A stretch of 64,000 bases of DNA from Aureliella sp. GTDB taxonomy: Bacteria; Planctomycetota; Planctomycetia; Pirellulales; Pirellulaceae. A model generated the notes under the pieces. The model worked only from the letters and a program-made list of their open reading frames with translations, ran no database searches and had not been told where the DNA came from. Made by a program: the position numbers and the translations under genes. The stretch covers positions 3,296,001 to 3,360,000 of the forward strand of contig OY829846.1 of NCBI GenBank assembly GCA_963691875.1, read 5' to 3'. Shown piece by piece: positions 58,218 to 64,000 of this stretch; within the stretch, counting starts at the first letter, position 1, and every line of letters starts with the position of its first letter.

Positions 58218-58559
58218 TCTCGAAATCCGGCTCAAGCCACCAGGACGCGGCGACGAAGAACGAGTCTAGCGCATTTTATTTTTGTTTGCTGAAGGTATCG
58301 TTAGCGACGCATGGTACACCTTGTTCATTCCCAAGTACGCCGTGGCGACGAAACAGACAGCTTTGTTTCTCAGATCCTCCATTTATCCATATCCTAGCGA
58401 AAAGTGGTTCCATTCCCCGAAGGCCATCGCAAGTTCTTGAACCCTAGCATCGCCGTAAGATCATCCATGAATTACGATGAAAACAGGGTCGCTGCCCGCG
58501 ATTCAAAGGAATTCTTGATCAAACCTAAAAGCAAACAGCATGTGTCGAAGGAAGCAAAT

Positions 58560-59837
58560 ATGAGCCGAATCGAGCGTCGCAGTTTTCTGCGCGGCCTTGG
58601 CGTTTCAATTGCATTACCGTCTTTTGCTTCTCTGCGAGCTGAGGCAAGACTAATTGAAAGTGCAAATGCCAAGCGCTTCGTATGCGTATCCCCAAACTAC
58701 GGTATGCACCCCAGCGGTTTCTTTCCGGAGAAAACCGGGGCGGACTACAGCATGCCAGCTCTACTGCAGCCCTTGCAGTCACATCGAGCCGATTTGACCG
58801 TCTTTAGCAACCTTGATCATCCTGGCGTTGGCGGTGGTCATGGTTGTTCGAACACTCTGCTCAACGGCGTCGAACTGAAAGACGTCAAAGAGCAGCCGCA
58901 ACGCCTTCATTCACTCGACCAGTTGCTCGGCGAGAAGATCGGGCGCGCGACAAGATTCCCGACGCTGGCGCTGGGCAGTAGTGGAGTTTCTTGGTCCCGC
59001 GCGGGGATCAAGTTGCCGACCGAGGCTAATCCGGCGCGCGTTTTTGCGAAGCTGTTTGTCGATGACAATACGAAACTGAAACAGCAGACTCGACAATTGC
59101 TTGATGAAGACGCTAGCATTCTGGATGTCGTGCTACAGGACGCAAAACGTCTTGAAGAACGACTCGCGAAGGCAGATAGAAACAAACTCGAACAGTTCCT
59201 AACGGCAATTCGCGAAGTGGAGCGCAAACTGAAACGTCAAGCGGACTGGATCGATATTGCCAAGCCCAGAGCCAACGATGCGGTCATTCGAGGTGGCGAC
59301 GATGACGATACGATCGTAGACCTCGCCTACCCTTACAACACTTCGGTCATGTACGACTTGATGGTCCTCGCCTTACAGACGAATTCCACCAACGTGATCT
59401 GCTATGGCCACCCAGGAGGAAATCGCCTATTCCCGTTTGACGGAATCACCCTGGGATATCATTCCTTGACGCATCACGGCAAGCGTCCCGATCTGCTCAA
59501 GGAACTCACGATCATCGAGTCCTTTTATACGACGCAGTTTTCGCGATTCCTGACCAAACTAAAAGACACACCGGATTCGAGTGGACGATCGCTGCTAGAG
59601 TCAACCATAGTAATGTTCGGCAGCGGGATGGGGAACGCCAGCTCGCACTCCAGCCGCAACCTGCCGATCATGGTTGCTGGCGGTGGCATGAAGCATGGAA
59701 GCCACCATCGCTTCGAGCGGCAAGGGCGTGACGGTCGACCTCTATCCGACTTGTTTGTCACGATCCTCCAGCAACTTGGTATTGAACAAGAATCGTTCGC
59801 AACAAACAGTTCCAACCTGAATCACCTACTGACATGA
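58560..59837 (+). CDS. DUF1552 family protein
   Basis: RRSFLRGLG..LP, SLDQLL, SILDVV, YHSLTHH, LLESTIVMFGSGMG..H...LPIMVAGG. Confidence 0.9.
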   Translation: MSRIERRSFLRGLGVSIALPSFASLRAEARLIESANAKRFVCVSPNYGMHPSGFFPEKTGADYSMPALLQPLQSHRADLTVFSNLDHPGVGGGHGCSNTLLNGVELKDVKEQPQRLHSLDQLLGEKIGRATRFPTLALGSSGVSWSRAGIKLPTEANPARVFAKLFVDDNTKLKQQTRQLLDEDASILDVVLQDAKRLEERLAKADRNKLEQFLTAIREVERKLKRQADWIDIAKPRANDAVIRGGDDDDTIVDLAYPYNTSVMYDLMVLALQTNSTNVICYGHPGGNRLFPFDGITLGYHSLTHHGKRPDLLKELTIIESFYTTQFSRFLTKLKDTPDSSGRSLLESTIVMFGSGMGNASSHSSRNLPIMVAGGGMKHGSHHRFERQGRDGRPLSDLFVTILQQLGIEQESFATNSSNLNHLLT

Positions 59838-62269
59838 GCCGTCTTGTTTCGCTATTGATAACATGTGCGTGGGTCTGCTCTGCTCAAGGGGAGGACGGCT
59901 CGGACGTCCTGGAACCATTCCTCGAGTCCTATTGCATCCGTTGCCACGGGCCTGAATCCCAAAAGGCTGATCGTCGCTTCGATCAACTTGCGATGCATGG
60001 AACAGAGCTTGCATCAGAGGATGCGGAACTGCTGCAAGAGATCCTCGACCAGCTGAACCTCGCGGCCATGCCACCAGACGAGGAGCCTCAGCCTTCCGAC
60101 GAGCAACTGAAACAGGTTGTGGCGGAGCTGACAAACATGCTTGCCAAAGCGCGCGAAGACGCCCGGGACCAAGTTGGCAGAGTGGTGCTCCGCCGACTGA
60201 ATCGTGCTGAGTACCGCAATACGATCCGGGATTTGTTTCAGCTGAACATGGTGGATTTCGATCCCACCATCACTTTTCCGACTGATGAATCCACCGATGG
60301 ATTCGACAATGTTGGTGAAGGGCTAGTCACATCCGATTATCTGCTCCGCAACTATCTCGATGCAGCTCACCAAGTAGCGGACAAAGTGATTCTGCCTGGC
60401 CCGCGTCCTGAGAAAATTCACTATCAAATGGGAGGCGAGGCAAGCTCTCCATCAGCGCCAGAGATCCTCAACGGCGTAGCGGTCGACAAGGAAGGCCGCA
60501 AAGAGGCAGGCCGTTTGTTCATCAAGTTTCGACAACCGCTCGGCCTGCCTCGGCTTGATAAGAAGCGAGGCGTTCCGGCCGACGGTGAATATGTCATTCG
60601 ATTGTCGGCGAGCGCGATACGCAGGAAATCGCGGTACAAGGATGAGGACCTGAGGTATAACTCGGACGAACCGATGCGGCTGTCGCTTTCGATCGACTCC
60701 CGTGAACTCGGGGCAACAGCTCATCGCATCATCAGCGAGTACGAAATTCCTGACGACAGGGTGATCGAGATTGAGCATCGGGTCTGGCTGGAAAAAGGAT
60801 TTACCTTTCACGCCCACTGGGCGAATGGTCCCAACGGATCCTTCAAGCGGATTTTGCGAAAGGTGTTGCCCAAGTACAACAAAGACGCTCTCTATCCCAT
60901 TCGCAACCCGCCGGAGATGTATGTGGGCTCGGGTCCGGAGCTGCATGTTCACACGCTAGAGATCGAAGGCCCCTTTTACGATCAGTGGCCGCCAGCTGGC
61001 TTTGCGAGGTTCTTTCCCGAGCCGCCAAAGAAACCCGATGCTGAATACCTAGACAAGTCGCTGATACGGTTCGCAGCTACAGCGTTTCGCAAGCCCATCA
61101 GCCAAGATGAAATAGAGCCGTATTTGCGCTTGGCCCGCGAGTATTTTGCCGAGCATGGTGACTTTTGGGCAGCGGCAAAGTACGGTCTTCGAGCCATCCT
61201 TACCTCGCCGAACTTCATTTATCTGGTTGAGGAAAATCCAAGCGATCCCTCAGACAGAAGGATCACCGAGCACGAACTTGCGTCGCGACTTTCGTACTTC
61301 CTTTGGAGTTCTATGCCGGATGATGAACTCCGTGATCTGGCCGATCGCGGCACTTTAAGCGACGCCAAGACACTGCGCGCCCAGGTTGAGCGAATGCTCG
61401 GCGATCCCAAATCAATCGCTTTCTGCGAGAACTTCACGGGGCAATGGCTGGGACTGCGAAAGTTAGGTGAAATGCCGCCCGATCCGGAAAAGAACCCGGG
61501 TTACTACGAGGACCAGTTAGAAGAGGCAATGCGTCGTGAAACTCAATTATTTTTCGCGCACGTGCTCCAAGAGAACCGAAGCATCATGGAGTTCGTCCAT
61601 GCGGACTACACATTTCTCAATACAGCGCTTGCTGGGCATTACTCATTGCCTGCAGTGCAACATAGAGGCTTCAAGAAAGTAGCTTTGCCTCCAAGTTCCC
61701 ATCGAGGCGGATTGCTTGGGCATGGCAGCATCTTGACCGCTACTTCCAACGGCGTTGAAACGCAGCCCGTCGTTCGCGGCGTATGGGTGCTCGAGAATCT
61801 TTTGGGGACACCGCCCAATCCACCGCCGCCGGATGTGGAACCGATCGAGCCCGACACGCGCGGTGTCGCCACGATCCGCGAACTAATGGAAAAACATCGA
61901 AACAACGCCACGTGTTACGAATGCCACCGCAAGATTGATCCGATCGGACTGTCACTAGAAAACTTCGATTACGTAGGCACTTGGCGGGAGCGTTACAGCA
62001 AGAAACTGCCAATTGATTCGTCGGGAGAACTGCCGGATGGTACAACGATCAAGGGTCCGGAAGGCATCAAGTCCTTTTTGCTCAGCCGGCCCGAGCAATT
62101 CACCCAATGCTTGACCGAGAAGCTAATGATCTACGCACTCGGCCGACGTCTGAGTTTTTCTGACCGTGACGACATCGATCGCATTGTCGCGGCCATGCCA
62201 GAACTGGAGTACGGTTTCCGCGAACTCATTCAGCAGATCGTCGCGAGTGAGGGATTCCACAGCAAATGA
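59834..62269 (+). CDS. Planctomycete cytochrome c + DUF1587/1595/1592/1588/1585 protein
   Basis: CIRCH, RRLNRAEYRNTIRDL, ELASRLSYFLWSSMPD, RGVWVLENLLG, CYECHRKIDP; ATGA overlap with the upstream gene. Confidence 0.92.
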   Translation: MSRLVSLLITCAWVCSAQGEDGSDVLEPFLESYCIRCHGPESQKADRRFDQLAMHGTELASEDAELLQEILDQLNLAAMPPDEEPQPSDEQLKQVVAELTNMLAKAREDARDQVGRVVLRRLNRAEYRNTIRDLFQLNMVDFDPTITFPTDESTDGFDNVGEGLVTSDYLLRNYLDAAHQVADKVILPGPRPEKIHYQMGGEASSPSAPEILNGVAVDKEGRKEAGRLFIKFRQPLGLPRLDKKRGVPADGEYVIRLSASAIRRKSRYKDEDLRYNSDEPMRLSLSIDSRELGATAHRIISEYEIPDDRVIEIEHRVWLEKGFTFHAHWANGPNGSFKRILRKVLPKYNKDALYPIRNPPEMYVGSGPELHVHTLEIEGPFYDQWPPAGFARFFPEPPKKPDAEYLDKSLIRFAATAFRKPISQDEIEPYLRLAREYFAEHGDFWAAAKYGLRAILTSPNFIYLVEENPSDPSDRRITEHELASRLSYFLWSSMPDDELRDLADRGTLSDAKTLRAQVERMLGDPKSIAFCENFTGQWLGLRKLGEMPPDPEKNPGYYEDQLEEAMRRETQLFFAHVLQENRSIMEFVHADYTFLNTALAGHYSLPAVQHRGFKKVALPPSSHRGGLLGHGSILTATSNGVETQPVVRGVWVLENLLGTPPNPPPPDVEPIEPDTRGVATIRELMEKHRNNATCYECHRKIDPIGLSLENFDYVGTWRERYSKKLPIDSSGELPDGTTIKGPEGIKSFLLSRPEQFTQCLTEKLMIYALGRRLSFSDRDDIDRIVAAMPELEYGFRELIQQIVASEGFHSK

Positions 62270-63579
62270 ACTTAATGAACCTCCCTCCTTTGAACCTTGC
62301 ACTTCTAACGACTTCAATCCTGTGCCATTCTTCTTCGCCGGTTCATGCAGATGAACGGCCCAATGTCATCCTCATCGTGGCCGATGATATTGGGTGTGAC
62401 TGGGTGAGTTGTTATGGTGCCGAGCATCGCACACCCAATGTAGATCGACTTGCGAGGGAAGGAGTGCGATACGAAACAGCTTGGTGTACCCCGAGCAGTA
62501 TGCCATCGCAAGTAACTCTGCTAACAGGTCAGTACCCATTTCGGCACGGCTGGACAGGCGACCACAACGTCGCTCAGCAGGGCGCAAAGGAGTTGAGCTC
62601 AGACAAGTTCACTACCCTTGCGCGGGCATTGAGTGCTTCGGGTTATGTGGCAGTTGTCGGTGGTCAGTGGCAAGTCAACCGTCTTCCCGAGCAATCGAAT
62701 GCACTTAAGAAACATGGCTTTGATGAGCACTGCGTTTACACGAATTTCAAGTCCCAAAAATTGAAGAACCAAGCTCAAAACTCGTCCAGCCAGATCATGA
62801 CCAATGGCCGCCTAAGCTCGTTTCCTAATGGCCCACAAACGATCAACTCCTTTTTGATTGATTTCATCACGCGTCCTAGAGCTCAACCCTTTCTCGTCTA
62901 CTACCCGATGATACTCACCGGCCCAGCAACCGCTTCGCCACGTAGCGATTCCAATGCGTCGGGTACATTGGCTGACGACGCGTTGCGTTTTGCAGAAGCT
63001 GTCACGCATATGGATCAGCTGGTCGGAGAGTTGATCGACGCGGTCGACAAGGCTGGACTCAGGCAGAATACACTGATCCTATTCACCAGTGACAATGGCT
63101 CTGCCGTGGCGGGCAGCTTTGATGGCAAACCATTCGAAGCCGGCAAAGGAAGTAAATCCGATTCGGGAGCCCACGTGCCGTTTATCGTGCGCGCACCATT
63201 TTTGACGGAAGGTGGCAGAGTATCGCGTGACTTGATCGACGCTACCGATCTATACCCGACATCTTTGGAGCTAGCGCAGGTCGATCCGCTAAGAGACCGT
63301 GAGTTAGATGGAAGATCATTTCTTCCCAGCCTTCGAGGTAGCGAAGATCCCTTCGAGAAACGGAACTGGATCTACTCTCAGCTTGGAGAGTTTCGAATGA
63401 TCCGGGACTGGCAGCATATCTTAGATAGCGACGGCAATTTCCACGATCTCACGAAGGATCCACTTCAGCAATCCGAAGTCAGTCTGCTCGACAAGATAGC
63501 GCCTGGTCGTCGACAACGTTTAGAAATGATTCTCAAACGTCTTCCTAAAGACGCTCCGGTTCCCTTTGGCGCTCGCTGA
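62266..63579 (+). CDS. Sulfatase-like protein with degenerate active-site motif
   Basis: PNVILIVADDIG and FTSDNG are present, but TPSSMPSQ replaces CxPxR and GQWQ replaces GKWH. Confidence 0.8.
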   Translation: MNLMNLPPLNLALLTTSILCHSSSPVHADERPNVILIVADDIGCDWVSCYGAEHRTPNVDRLAREGVRYETAWCTPSSMPSQVTLLTGQYPFRHGWTGDHNVAQQGAKELSSDKFTTLARALSASGYVAVVGGQWQVNRLPEQSNALKKHGFDEHCVYTNFKSQKLKNQAQNSSSQIMTNGRLSSFPNGPQTINSFLIDFITRPRAQPFLVYYPMILTGPATASPRSDSNASGTLADDALRFAEAVTHMDQLVGELIDAVDKAGLRQNTLILFTSDNGSAVAGSFDGKPFEAGKGSKSDSGAHVPFIVRAPFLTEGGRVSRDLIDATDLYPTSLELAQVDPLRDRELDGRSFLPSLRGSEDPFEKRNWIYSQLGEFRMIRDWQHILDSDGNFHDLTKDPLQQSEVSLLDKIAPGRRQRLEMILKRLPKDAPVPFGAR

Positions 63580-63599
63580 AAAGCTTGATTCGATATCGC

Positions 63600-64000
63600 T
63601 TATTTCTTGCCTCTCGGACTCCCGACCTTCTCGGCCGAATCACCCGTCGAAGACATCCGAAAGTTGCGAACCGAGAGTTTGCCGTGAGCGAAAGTCAACA
63701 TGACCATGTTCTTGTCGCGAGCTAGGGCAGGGTGATCGATTTTAGTATGAAAGTCTCCGATCCTTAGCGTCGCGTGCTTCCCGTTCAGGGAGAGCTGCAC
63801 TGGTACCCACTTTCCGTTCACCGCTGGTAGATTCGGCATACCTTCAGGTTGGATCGTGTCGCCTTTATTCTGCTTCGAGGATTTTGTTGCCCAAGCAATA
63901 ATGCGTGTTGGAACCTTCGACTTTCCGGCAGGTGCGTCTTCCCTTTGGTCGGCAAGCGTCACACGGAAAACATGTCCGTCGCCGTTAAGAGTGAAGACAA
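63600..64000 (-). CDS. Hypothetical beta-rich protein; 3' part, starts beyond the window end
   Basis: The frame of track ORF 63600..63962 stays open to base 64000 (..VFTLNGDGHVFRVTL..). Confidence 0.6.
   Translation of the reverse strand, partial: VFTLNGDGHVFRVTLADQREDAPAGKSKVPTRIIAWATKSSKQNKGDTIQPEGMPNLPAVNGKWVPVQLSLNGKHATLRIGDFHTKIDHPALARDKNMVMLTFAHGKLSVRNFRMSSTGDSAEKVGSPRGKK

Overview
Bacterial chromosomal window with a clear Planctomycetota (Pirellulales-like) signature: DUF1559 prepilin-like genes, two DUF1592/DUF1552 pairs, sulfatases and a PVC-type dehydrogenase fragment. Recognisable genes are bioB (partial), recG, btaA-btaB (betaine lipid), a classical o-succinylbenzoate menaquinone cluster (menF-D-H-B-A-C-E), an EfpL/YeiP-type EF-P paralog, a Bpt/ATE transferase, proB, purF, zwf, gnd and tRNA-Cys(GCA). 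Most interesting observations: (1) a co-oriented 28.3-38.9 kb locus with two paralogous type IV prepilin-like proteins (one with high-expression codon bias and its own terminator), a DUF1573 Ig-like protein, a zinc-ribbon/PilM fusion, a DUF1559 lipoprotein and a TMTC-like GT-C/TPR glycosyltransferase, i.e. a candidate glycosylated fibre/pilus system; (2) a tandem AP2-like protein with a histone-H1-like KKAAP tail, a candidate nucleoid protein; (3) a short relic of a propeptide-type purF overlapping the start of an E. coli-type purF, suggesting in situ gene replacement; (4) menB apparently starting at ATT; (5) three apparent pseudo-enzymes (ketosynthase, DNase I fold, sulfatase); (6) two gene relics (a HlyD fragment and a dehydrogenase-sulfatase chimera). 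No CRISPR array, rRNA, integrase or transposase was seen. All family calls come from motif recognition by eye, not database searches.
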